Part shown: positions 1 through 9,429 of the stretch, one piece after another
Layout: each line of letters begins with the position of its first letter
Numbering within the stretch: position 1 is the stretch's first letter
Source of the DNA: Thermoplasmatota archaeon
GTDB taxonomy: Archaea; Thermoplasmatota; Penumbrarchaeia; Penumbrarchaeales; Penumbrarchaeaceae
Direction: 5' to 3'
Assembly (NCBI GenBank): GCA_965234725.1
Contig: CBDDUX010000028.1
Coordinates: forward strand, 1-40,885
Length of the DNA: 40,885 nt
Program-made: the position numbers and the translations under genes
Notes under the pieces: model-generated
What the model was told of the DNA's origin: nothing
Database searches by the model: none
What the model saw: only the letters and a program-made list of their open reading frames with translations

Positions 1-70
1 TATTTAAAACTTGCTCTCTTAACCCTTTCAATCTTCCTAAAGGGGTACAAAAAAACCAATGCATCCCCAC

Positions 71-134
71 AACAGCGTGAGAAAATCTTACACCCAAAAA
101 TATATGTCCCCCGACAAACCCTACTCACGCTGTT
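71..134. repeat. Perfect 11-bp inverted repeat (AACAGCGTGAG 71-81 / CTCACGCTGTT 124-134, 42-nt loop)
   Basis: Read directly from the sequence. A minus-strand CTTTATAG TATA-like box lies at about 158-165, roughly 25 nt upstream. Confidence 0.7.
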
Positions 135-188
135 TCTCTTTTAAAAAGACATCATAACTATAAAGGCCCCAAGATAAAAAGAAAATAT

Positions 189-333
189 TATCGGCAATTT
201 ACAGGTCAATGGATCAACATTGACATATGCCATTGTGAGTTCCTTGAATATGAATGATATTGAGATCATATCAGCAATTTCAAGGTCAAAACAGATCATC
301 AATTTAATTCATTGCTTTGCGTGTGTATGAATG
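189..333. repeat. Degenerate direct repeat with about 80-bp period
   Basis: TATCGGCAATTTACAGGTCAA (189-209) vs TATCAGCAATTTCAAGGTCAA (269-289), 18/21 identical. TATGAATGA also recurs at 249 and 325. Confidence 0.55.
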
Positions 334-429
334 AGGATTACAACCCACTTTCATGATTTTTCATAGAAAAAACATCAGTATATGGGCGATCAAATGTATC
401 AGAAATAAATTATATGAAAGTGAAAAAGA

Positions 430-789
430 TCATTTTGCGACATGGACAATGGGTTCGTTCTTCTTGATATTAACCACATCATCTATCTGATTAATGGAGA
501 TAAGAATGAGTCTGCTTGTATCTGTTGTATATTTATGAGAACTTCCTTTAGGGATCAATATCATCTCCCCCTCCTTAATAGTCTTTGATTCCTTGTTTAT
601 TGTTACCTCTCCAGTTCCTTTCACAATATAATAGATCCTATCCTTTTGAGGATGGTTCAGATCAGTTGTCTGTGAATTTGAATCTATAAGAAGGATCGTT
701 GCCATTGTCTGATCCGTGATTATCGGGACCTCACGAAAAACAGATCCTTGCTTAAAATCTTTGTATTTCAGGACATCGATAATTTCCAT
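430..789 (-). CDS. Cupin domain protein (Cupin_2-like)
   Basis: 119 aa with HPQKDRIYYIVKGTGEVTIN...IKEGEMILIPKGSSHKY, matching both cupin motifs. Confidence 0.8.
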   Translation of the reverse strand: MEIIDVLKYKDFKQGSVFREVPIITDQTMATILLIDSNSQTTDLNHPQKDRIYYIVKGTGEVTINKESKTIKEGEMILIPKGSSHKYTTDTSRLILISINQIDDVVNIKKNEPIVHVAK

Positions 790-995
790 TTGCTTTCACC
801 ATTCCTTTTAACATTGATTCAACTTGATATATAAATCATGATTTCAAAGTTTGATGAAGGAGTAGTAAACATTTGACAAATATTGCGCACAATTCTAGGA
901 ACTCATATTCCTTTTCCTTTATCTGGATTTTCTTAAATTATATAAAATATTGAAGGTCAATACATATTTATATTAAATTCAATTTTTCTATTTCC

Positions 996-1790
996 ATGTG
1001 GGTCCTGACTCTCCTTCTGGTCTATACAAGCGGAGCACTTGGAGGTTGGTTCATAGAACTCCTATACAGGTCCTACAAGATGAAACACCTTGTTAACCCT
1101 GGGTTCCTAAACGGTCCTTATCTGCCGATGTACGGGTTCGGAACCGTTTTCCTCTATCTGATCTCAACGATCGAGGTTGATCTTCTTCTTAAAATTGGTC
1201 TGTTCGCTTTGGGGACAACTGTCCTGGAATTGATCACCGGGATCATTTTTACAGAATTCTTCAATATCAGATTGTGGGACTATTCCAAGGAGCCACTTAA
1301 TTTCAAGGGCCAGATCTGTTTGAGATTCTCGATTTACTGGACCCTACTATCCATTCTGTTCTATTTCATAGCCTATCCGTTCATAGAGGACCTTGCCAGA
1401 TTATATCAGGATCATATATGGACATCTCTATTCGTTGGTCTTTTCTACGGCGTATTTCTCACTGATGTTTACAACCAGTTCTCACTAGCTTTCAGAATAA
1501 GAAAAGCTGTAAGGACCTTCAACAAGGAATATCTGATCAGGTTCAGGATGGATATGAAGACGCTGAGAAGAGAGATGAGATCACATCTCAAGGAGAACAA
1601 ACTTGCAAATTCCATCGAGAGATATTTCATCCCCTTCAATAGGATCTCACATGGGGACCTTATTGATCGGTTCAATGATCAGGTTAGGTCATATATGGAT
1701 AATTTGAACAATGATATCAAGAAGAAAGGATCGGAATTCAAGGAAAAGATGAGAGAGGACCTAATGAAAATTGAAGACAAGGTCCGATGA
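996..1790 (+). CDS. Membrane protein, putative ABC transporter permease (ABC_trans_CmpB-like)
   Basis: Several TM helices. GFLNGPYLPMYGFG and RLWDYSKEPLNFKGQICLRFSIYW are characteristic of this family. Charged helical C-terminus. Confidence 0.75.
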   Translation: MWVLTLLLVYTSGALGGWFIELLYRSYKMKHLVNPGFLNGPYLPMYGFGTVFLYLISTIEVDLLLKIGLFALGTTVLELITGIIFTEFFNIRLWDYSKEPLNFKGQICLRFSIYWTLLSILFYFIAYPFIEDLARLYQDHIWTSLFVGLFYGVFLTDVYNQFSLAFRIRKAVRTFNKEYLIRFRMDMKTLRREMRSHLKENKLANSIERYFIPFNRISHGDLIDRFNDQVRSYMDNLNNDIKKKGSEFKEKMREDLMKIEDKVR

Positions 1791-2020
1791 TCAAATAGTT
1801 ATAATTTCATTCAGATGGATCTGAGGGAAAACCTTGCTCGTTTTTTAATTAATTCAACAAGGCTCAACCCAGTTTATCTACAATGTTCTATTGTATAAAA
1901 TTAATGCCAAGTGATCAAAGTAAGATTCATATCTATATTATTATAAAAGCAATAAAATATATCTATCAGGAATATTTTTTACCAAAACATTATTATTAAA
2001 GAATATATTTTTATAAAAAT

Positions 2021-5000
2021 ATGATGGTAATAGGGAAAAGAATATTCTGTCGAGAAATGGAGGTTATTATTGCGGTAATTATAACCCTTGGTATGATATC
2101 AACGCTCCTTCCTATCGGATATGCCAAAGAAATTAGAGAAAGCAATTCTAGAGGTGTAGACGGTTGGACAGATATTGCAGAAGAAAAAGGGTCTTTCTTT
2201 CTTGACACCTCTCATGATATGATCATTTCTTACGATGAAGGAGAGGATACGGTCATATTCGGAGAGTCCTACGATCCCTATTATGATCTTGAGGGACCAA
2301 TAAGAAAGGCCGTTGATAGAGCGCCACAATGGTTGAACGATACTCTTGTATGGTCATTCCTGAATATCTACAGCCAATACAGGATGAAGTTTGCTGAGAT
2401 ACTTCTCAACGAATCTATAGACAGCAGGTACATGGATGAGATCGCTTTCACTCTCGCATACATGCCATCCACATTCCTGAACTATTACAGGATAGAGGGA
2501 AAGTTCCTTTGGGAGAATGCAGATATCATGTACACCGTATCTGACGATGTTAGATATGCCGAGATCTCCGATTACAACCTCTCGGATGGTCAACATTCAA
2601 CTATAACTTACAAAGTTCCATCCGGGAATGTGACCATGCCTGAGAAGATCTACTACTATTACGTGGTCATGCCAAAGATCGGTTCCGATAACTTGGAATA
2701 CATGGACCCGGAAACCGGTGAGTTCGCCTTCTCATATGACGGAGGAGAATTTTGGAGGACCTGGCTCTATAATAACAACCACACAGGTTTCCCTCTTTTA
2801 AAGGATTATCTGGCCAGCGAGGATTATCTCTGGAATGGTACCATGAACCAGATAGAGAAAAATGGTGCCGTTGGTGCCCTTACTAAATGGGAAATGGAAT
2901 CAATGATGTTCGGTATGCCTGTGGTCAGGCAAATCAATCCCATCTTCATATATAGGAACCACATGGGTATGTGCGGGGAGAATGCGTACATCCTTGCTAG
3001 TGTCGCAAAAATAGCCCTGATTCCAACGGTGATCACTGTGACATGGGAAGGAAATCATGAATGGAATGATTTCTGGGAGCGGGGTTGGCATCAATGGGAA
3101 GGATATTCAGGTCAGATAGATAATCCAAGTTGTGAAGGTGCACCCGGAACAATAACTGCATTCACATCAGTCAATCCAGATTTCTCACATTTCAGTTTAA
3201 CCGGTTGTTATACAACCACATCAAACCTGACTGTAAAGGTTTCCGATCAGGATGGTATTCCTGTAGATGGGGTTCTAGTAAAATTGCATTCATATCCAGC
3301 GATCAATGTTGATGGATCATTGGGTCTCATCTCTAACTTGACTGACGTCAATGGAGAGACGACCTTTGAGATAGGTACAGGTTTCAGCTACTTCGTAAAT
3401 TACAGGGCACCGATTGGAGGGCCACCCGATCAAAACGCTCAAGCGGTCTTTGCCTGCACGACGACAGTACCAGGTGCCGATTATATTTTCAATCTTACCC
3501 TCCCCGGAAAGATGCCTCTGAAAGTGAATTACTCAGATACCAAAGAGATGACATACGGTCTGAGATTCAATATCTCGGCTGAAGAAATCGACCATCTAAC
3601 CAACTTCTATGAGGATGATATGGATTTCAATGTGAGAATATGGAAGGGATATGAGGATATTACCAGATTGTCGGTACATTTCCTGGATGATAATAACCTT
3701 CAACTCTATAGACAGGGAAAGAAGTTTTTCACAAGTGGTGTAGTGAATTTGACTGAAGACAAGGAAGGATCAATAATTCTTGAGGATAAAAAATGGAACA
3801 TCCTGATAGCGGGAAAGAGCGCACCTTTGACTCGGACTTATGCGTCCTTGAACATTAATGTGAGCAGATCGCTAGTTACACCCGAGTCACTGATCATATC
3901 TCCAATAAATGGTTCCCTTTTCAAAGTGGAAGAGTGGGTTACATTTGAAGGGGATATCGATTTCCTAATGGGGAGTAACCAAGGTTATTCATTTAGATGG
4001 TTCGATAGATTATCGTCCTCTATCCTGTCAGAAAAGAGGTCCTTCAGTATGCAATTCGATGTGGGTACCCATGTAATCGATTTCGAGATCTGGAAGGATG
4101 GAATTATGATATCAACCTCAGTGGTTGAGTTCAAGGTATATCAGCCTAATAGACCACCTATAGCTGTAATAGCAAGTCCTTCAAACAACGACGTTTTCAC
4201 ATATGGTACCAAAGTGGAGTTTTCCGCCGAAGGTAGTTACGATCCGGATGAAGATGGTATCTCATACCGATGGAGTGAATTAGGGATCAATATAACCATT
4301 TCGAATCAGAAGGAGTTCTCTTCAAAGTTCGATGTAGGAGTTCACTTTATCGAGTTATTGGTCACAGATGATGAGGGGGATTCAACAAAAGAACAGGTGA
4401 AATTCAGGATATTGGAACCCACCTTTCCGCCAGTACCAACTATCAGATCTCCAATTTCCAATTGGAAAACCTATGAGGATGAATGGATAGAACTTAATGC
4501 CAGCGGAACCTACGATCTGGATGGGGACGTTCTGAAATACACGTGGATAAGTTCCATAGATGATGTGATCTCAAAATCTAAGATTGATAGCGTACATCTG
4601 TCAGTCGGAAACCATATTATCGAACTGCAGGTGAGCGACGGAATGTACACTGAATCCAAGTTCGTCAATGTTACTGTCATGGAGAGGGAGGTTGAGATCC
4701 AAGATTCTGAACCCGTATCTTTGATAATTTCTCCTTATGTAATGGTTGAATATTTTGTATCGGACCTGATCGAGTTCAATGCAAGTGCCAGTTATGATCC
4801 CGATGGAAATACAAATCTGACCTTTGAGTGGAGATTGAATGGCGAACCTATATCTAGCGAAAAAGTGTTTTTTAAGTATCTTACGGAAGGAAGTCATCAG
4901 ATCCAGCTCTCCGTTTTCTCCGGAGATCTGGTTTCAAATTCCTCTCAGATAATTACTGTAATTGACAGGATCCCAATCATGAAAATCCGTGTAAATGAAA

Positions 5001-5422
5001 CAATATGGATTGATAGTGAGATCATTAAAATAACATCATTCGAGAACATCACATTCGATGCTTCAGGATGTAGGGACCCTGATGGGAGTGAACTCTCCTA
5101 CGATTGGTCAATAAATGGCACAAGTATCTCAAATAACATAGAATTCGTCCATTCGTTCGAACCGGGAATGTTTCTGGTCCATCTGACCATCCGTGATGGT
5201 GGAGGGAAGGTCAATTCATTTTCTTTGTACATCAACTCCTCTAAGATAATCGAATCTAAAATGGATGAACCGGTGGTTAATGATGAAGGATCCAATGGAA
5301 AAGGGACCCTACATCAATTGTTTGTGATAATACCTATCGTCATTCTACTAATTATCATGGGTTTGTTAATCTTCCTGGTTATTTGGTACCGAAAAAACAG
5401 AGAAGAAAACATCACCAACTGA
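2021..5422 (+). CDS. Membrane-anchored surface protein: transglutaminase-like domain, carboxypeptidase-regulatory-like domain and PKD repeats
   Basis: Signal-like N-terminus (true start may be ATG 2057). GMCGE...NHEWNDFW...GWHQW fits a transglutaminase-like Cys/His core. Repeated SYDPD/ASGTYDLDGD PKD signatures. C-terminal TM helix followed by RKNR. Confidence 0.75.
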   Translation: MMVIGKRIFCREMEVIIAVIITLGMISTLLPIGYAKEIRESNSRGVDGWTDIAEEKGSFFLDTSHDMIISYDEGEDTVIFGESYDPYYDLEGPIRKAVDRAPQWLNDTLVWSFLNIYSQYRMKFAEILLNESIDSRYMDEIAFTLAYMPSTFLNYYRIEGKFLWENADIMYTVSDDVRYAEISDYNLSDGQHSTITYKVPSGNVTMPEKIYYYYVVMPKIGSDNLEYMDPETGEFAFSYDGGEFWRTWLYNNNHTGFPLLKDYLASEDYLWNGTMNQIEKNGAVGALTKWEMESMMFGMPVVRQINPIFIYRNHMGMCGENAYILASVAKIALIPTVITVTWEGNHEWNDFWERGWHQWEGYSGQIDNPSCEGAPGTITAFTSVNPDFSHFSLTGCYTTTSNLTVKVSDQDGIPVDGVLVKLHSYPAINVDGSLGLISNLTDVNGETTFEIGTGFSYFVNYRAPIGGPPDQNAQAVFACTTTVPGADYIFNLTLPGKMPLKVNYSDTKEMTYGLRFNISAEEIDHLTNFYEDDMDFNVRIWKGYEDITRLSVHFLDDNNLQLYRQGKKFFTSGVVNLTEDKEGSIILEDKKWNILIAGKSAPLTRTYASLNINVSRSLVTPESLIISPINGSLFKVEEWVTFEGDIDFLMGSNQGYSFRWFDRLSSSILSEKRSFSMQFDVGTHVIDFEIWKDGIMISTSVVEFKVYQPNRPPIAVIASPSNNDVFTYGTKVEFSAEGSYDPDEDGISYRWSELGINITISNQKEFSSKFDVGVHFIELLVTDDEGDSTKEQVKFRILEPTFPPVPTIRSPISNWKTYEDEWIELNASGTYDLDGDVLKYTWISSIDDVISKSKIDSVHLSVGNHIIELQVSDGMYTESKFVNVTVMEREVEIQDSEPVSLIISPYVMVEYFVSDLIEFNASASYDPDGNTNLTFEWRLNGEPISSEKVFFKYLTEGSHQIQLSVFSGDLVSNSSQIITVIDRIPIMKIRVNETIWIDSEIIKITSFENITFDASGCRDPDGSELSYDWSINGTSISNNIEFVHSFEPGMFLVHLTIRDGGGKVNSFSLYINSSKIIESKMDEPVVNDEGSNGKGTLHQLFVIIPIVILLIIMGLLIFLVIWYRKNREENITN

Positions 5423-5457
5423 TAATTCTCAATTTAATTTCAAGATATTTATAAGAT

Positions 5458-5482
5458 AGTGGCCCGGTCGGGACCTTTGAAC
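5458..5482 (-). repeat. tRNA-Ala 3'-end fragment, copy A
   Basis: AGTGGcCCGGTCGGGA(cc)TTTGAAC vs tRNA locus 14338-14360 AGTGGACCGGTCGGGATTTGAAC: 1 mismatch plus a 2-nt insertion. Confidence 0.85.
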
Positions 5483-5680
5483 TGTATTGATATCTACGAA
5501 CATTAAAGTTCAAAGGGCCAAACAAAAAACGGTTCCGATTATATTATTATCATTTTTTGTTGTGTACAAGCAATTTGTAGCAATGGTTTTCGTAGAAATT
5601 TGGAATTGACGATAGAAAACCATTGCGGAATAGGTCCACTCTCCGATTCTAATTATAAAACAATTAAAGGAGAGTGGACC
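5474..5680. repeat. Three consecutive perfect inverted repeats with 23-24 nt loops
   Basis: CCTTTGAACT 5474-5483 / AGTTCAAAGG 5507-5516; GCAATGGTTTTC 5580-5591 / GAAAACCATTGC 5615-5626; GGTCCACTCTCC 5633-5644 / GGAGAGTGGACC 5669-5680. Confidence 0.85.
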
Positions 5681-5711
5681 GATCGGGATCCACCTCCATA
5701 ATGGTTTAGAA
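5672..5711 (-). repeat. tRNA-Ala 3'-end fragment, copy B, with GTTTAGAA arm
   Basis: GAGTGGACCGaTCGGGAT (17/18 to the tRNA locus). GTTTAGAA at 5704 has the same offset as in copies D and F. Confidence 0.85.
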
Positions 5712-5893
5712 ATCATATTATTATGTTTGAATTACTGCCACTTGGTGTTCTTGTTGCTCAATTTACTGTATCATTTTTAGGGTACAGTCCAAAATTCTTA
5801 GAGAATCCATCTGACCATCCGGAAATATGTACCGTACTTACAATAAAACTTTAATAAAGTATACAGATTTAAAATCGCCAGATAAAGGAAATA

Positions 5894-8800
5894 ATGGCGA
5901 TCCCAATGACCTTCAAACTACCGTCTTCAGCATTATCACTAATCATAACAATTCTCATCGGATCGCTGATCCTCACACCATCGATTCAGATCAGTGGTTT
6001 GGGGGAGATCAGCGAGAAAGAAGGATATCAATTTGCTTCATTCAGTTCAAATCTACCGGTGACCTACGATCTGCGAAATGTCAGCGGGGAGAATTACGTC
6101 ACATCGGTCAAGAATCAAAGCGGAGGGACATGCTGGACACACGGGGCGATGGCCTCGATGGAGGGGAACCTGTTGATGACCGGGGAGTGGACCTCAGTCA
6201 ATGAGACAGGTGAACCGAACCTGGCCGAGTACCACCTGGATTGGTGGAACGGATTCAACAAGCACAACAATGATGATATCACCCCATCCACCGGTGAGGG
6301 GTTGGATGTACATTACGGTGGGGATTATCTGGTCACATCCGCTTCCATGTCCCGTGGGGAAGGAGCCGTTAGGGATATCGACGGCCAGTCATTTTCCATA
6401 CCACCGAATCGAACCGACCCGTCCTATCACAAATATTACGCCAGGGACATCGAATGGTATGTATTGAACGAAAATCTGAGCAATATCGATTTGATCAAAT
6501 CGAAGATCATTGAAAACGGCGTCATGGGAACCTGCATGACGTATTCCTCCGCCTTCATGGACTATTCGAGATATACCCATTATCAGCCTCCAGCTGTGGC
6601 AATGGAACCGAACCATGCCGTCTCTATCGTAGGATGGAACGACTCCAAGGTCACGCAGGCCCCGCTTCTCGGAGCATGGTTGGTAAAGAACAGCTGGGGT
6701 CCCTCCTGGGGTTTGAACGGATACTTCTGGATATCATATTACGACAAGTACACCGCAAAACATCCGGAGATGGGAGCGATCTCTTTCATCGATGTGGAGT
6801 ATCTATCCTACAATCATACTTATTATCATGACTACCACGGTTGGAGGGATACCCTTCAGAATACTAGCGAGGCGTTCAATTCATTTATTCCCGGTGAGGA
6901 AGAACAGCTTCAGGCGGTGAACTTCTACACCGCATCCGATAATGTCGATTTCGAGGTTGTCATCTACGATACTTTCCGGGACGGGAAGCTGTCCGAACCG
7001 CTATCGAAGGTAAATGGAAGTATCAACCATACCGGCCTGCACACCGTGGACCTTATCGAACCGGTAAACCTGGAATCAGGAGATGATTTCCATATTTACC
7101 TAAGTTTGTCGGAAGGAGGACATCCATACGATCGAACATCGGAGATACCGGTCCTCCTCGATGGACCCTTTCAGGGAACGATCGTCAGATCGACATCCTC
7201 TCCGAATCAAAGTTGGTATCGGAACGGATCGAAATGGGACGACCTCTTCTACCTTAACAGCACCGCCAATTTCTGTATAAAGGGACTAGTCGGTCATCTG
7301 AGCATCATGAATCCGGTAAACAGATCCCACGTTAACGGTGAGATCGCGATCGAGGGAGATGCCTCATGGGCCATAGACAGGATCGAGATCCGACTGGACG
7401 GAGAGATTCTTGACATAATCCGGGATGTACCAGAGGATTGGTCGATTCCCCTCAACACGACCCTTATCCCCGAAGGGGATCACAGAGTTGATGTGTCGGG
7501 ATATAACGGGACCGTGATCAGGCACAGATCGGTAGAATTCACTGTGGATCGGACACCTCCGGTGTCGACGATCCTGGTAATGGGTCCCGAGGGAGAGAGA
7601 GGTTGGTTAACGGGGGAGGCGGAGGTCAATCTCACTGCAGTGGACGATCTTGCGGTTGATCATGTCGAATATCGGATCAACGGTGGGGATTGGCAGGCCT
7701 ATTCTGGAAATATCTCCCTAGACATCGACGGCGTATACATCCTGAAATACAGATCATCGGATATTCTGGGAAATATCGAAGAGGGGAATGAGGCAATCAT
7801 AAAGATCGATGCAGGGTATCCTTCAACGGAATACACAATATACGGTGAGATGGGTGAGAGAGATTGGTACACTTCACCGATTTCTCTGAATCTGACCGCG
7901 GAGGACGAAACAAGCGGTGTCGATATGACCTATTACAACCTTAACGGCGGTGATTGGTCAGTTTACACAAAGAAGATAATGATAGATGACGGCGGCAGCT
8001 ATTCATTTGGATTCTATTCGATCGATACGGCAGGCAATACTGGGGAGATCATGGTCATCAACTTCAGCATGGATAATGATATTCCCTTGGTGGAAACCAC
8101 CATCTCCGGTGAGAAAGGGGAAAACGGCTGGTTCCTGTCGAATGTCAGTGTTACCATGTCAGGATTCGACGGAACGAGTGGCGTGTCCAATATCTCCTAT
8201 GGAGTGAACGGTGGCACATGGAAATACTACTCAGAGATGTTCGGGATCGATACCGAAGGCGAGAACCGGATCGATTACAACGTAGAGGACCAAGCGGGAA
8301 ATATTGCTGAGTTAACATCCGAAACGGTATTGATCGATACCGGCGCACCGAGTTCGAACTTGAAAATACAAGGTGATCTCGGGAATAACGACTGGTTCAT
8401 TACCGGAACCGTCGTCGATATTCGGGGTGAGGATGAGATCAGCGGTTTCTACAAGATCGAGATCCGCCTCGACGGGGGAGAATGGAAGGATTTTAAACCC
8501 AATATGGTCATCGATGAGAACGGGCATCACTTCATCGAATACCGGTCAATTGACATAGCTGGCAACACGGAGGAGAGCCGAAATGTTTCTTTCAGGATTG
8601 ACATTGTTCCTCCGGCGATATCCGAACTTGTAGGAGCGGAGATAGTCAATGATACCGGGAATTCCCTCTACATCTCTTGGACAGCTGCTGATCAGGAAAG
8701 CGGAGTATTGAACCATTCCATCTCCATCGACGGAAGTCGTTTCATCGAACTCGGAACAAACACTAGCTGGGAATTACAGGATCCCGAAGCGGGTCAGCAC

Positions 8801-9151
8801 ATGATCATGATCAGAACGTATGATTCAGCCGGCAACACGGCAGTGGAATACATTATCGTTACCACAAACCCGTTCAATCCTCTCGATCCAAGCAGAGGAA
8901 ACGAGACCATACTCGATGATGATGATACGTCAGTTGATCCCCCCGTGAACGAAACGACCAATGGCGGGACCGGGGCAGGATGGATCATAGCCATAATACT
9001 TCTCCCGGTTGTGATCCTGGTCGTGGCGGTTTTGATCTCTCTTTTTCTCATTTCACGCCTGAAAAACGATGATGATCCTCGTGGAATCGATGAAGATGCC
9101 GGAGATCCCGATCGGAACCGGGGTCCCGTTCCACCTAAAAGCGATGGTTGA
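5894..9151 (+). CDS. Membrane-anchored papain-family (C1A) cysteine peptidase with lectin-like domain and Ig-like (OmpL47-type) repeats
   Basis: Signal peptide. Catalytic motifs [20 protein letters not shown] and VKNSWG are intact. Repeated GxxGWF...D..SGV...YRSIDxAGNxE modules. C-terminal TM helix. Confidence 0.9.
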   Translation: MAIPMTFKLPSSALSLIITILIGSLILTPSIQISGLGEISEKEGYQFASFSSNLPVTYDLRNVSGENYVTSVKNQSGGTCWTHGAMASMEGNLLMTGEWTSVNETGEPNLAEYHLDWWNGFNKHNNDDITPSTGEGLDVHYGGDYLVTSASMSRGEGAVRDIDGQSFSIPPNRTDPSYHKYYARDIEWYVLNENLSNIDLIKSKIIENGVMGTCMTYSSAFMDYSRYTHYQPPAVAMEPNHAVSIVGWNDSKVTQAPLLGAWLVKNSWGPSWGLNGYFWISYYDKYTAKHPEMGAISFIDVEYLSYNHTYYHDYHGWRDTLQNTSEAFNSFIPGEEEQLQAVNFYTASDNVDFEVVIYDTFRDGKLSEPLSKVNGSINHTGLHTVDLIEPVNLESGDDFHIYLSLSEGGHPYDRTSEIPVLLDGPFQGTIVRSTSSPNQSWYRNGSKWDDLFYLNSTANFCIKGLVGHLSIMNPVNRSHVNGEIAIEGDASWAIDRIEIRLDGEILDIIRDVPEDWSIPLNTTLIPEGDHRVDVSGYNGTVIRHRSVEFTVDRTPPVSTILVMGPEGERGWLTGEAEVNLTAVDDLAVDHVEYRINGGDWQAYSGNISLDIDGVYILKYRSSDILGNIEEGNEAIIKIDAGYPSTEYTIYGEMGERDWYTSPISLNLTAEDETSGVDMTYYNLNGGDWSVYTKKIMIDDGGSYSFGFYSIDTAGNTGEIMVINFSMDNDIPLVETTISGEKGENGWFLSNVSVTMSGFDGTSGVSNISYGVNGGTWKYYSEMFGIDTEGENRIDYNVEDQAGNIAELTSETVLIDTGAPSSNLKIQGDLGNNDWFITGTVVDIRGEDEISGFYKIEIRLDGGEWKDFKPNMVIDENGHHFIEYRSIDIAGNTEESRNVSFRIDIVPPAISELVGAEIVNDTGNSLYISWTAADQESGVLNHSISIDGSRFIELGTNTSWELQDPEAGQHMIMIRTYDSAGNTAVEYIIVTTNPFNPLDPSRGNETILDDDDTSVDPPVNETTNGGTGAGWIIAIILLPVVILVVAVLISLFLISRLKNDDDPRGIDEDAGDPDRNRGPVPPKSDG

Positions 9152-9269
9152 CAATGCGGTAATCGTTGATGAGATGACATTATCAATTACCAAACAGACA
9201 AGCGGATGATGGGATATCCAAGAGTACTCACAAATTATAATATATACTTTTATTATCTATTTTTACAAT

Positions 9270-9401
9270 AGTGGACTGGTCGAGTTCTAAACCGGTATTG
9301 ATTTGGATATCAATAATGATATATTATCAATATATATACTAAAATTATAAAGATAATATAGAATGGACCGGTCGGGTTCTATATTGATTCTGGTTTAGAA
9401 C
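9270..9401 (-). repeat. Paired tRNA-Ala 3'-end fragments, copies C and D (92-bp spacing)
   Basis: C 9270-9293 AGTGGACtGGTCGaGtTcTaAACC (19/24). D 9364-9376 TGGACCGGTCGGG (13/13) with GTTTAGAAC at 9393. Ungapped colinearity with 14246-14355 (about 69/110 by hand). Confidence 0.85.
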
Positions 9402-9429
9402 GAATATCAAGAACAAATAATTGGAGGGT

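Noticed and set aside
1816-1833. TGGATCTGAGGGAAAACC as the left junction of the 2021-5422 cassette
   Set aside because: Only about 9/14 match to the core, with no TAGAA arm and no partner at 92 bp.
9303-9330. Possible XerA dif-like site (TTGGATATCAA-N6-TATATTATCAA)
   Set aside because: The 11-bp arms are poorly symmetric and the sequence is not retained in the other junctions.
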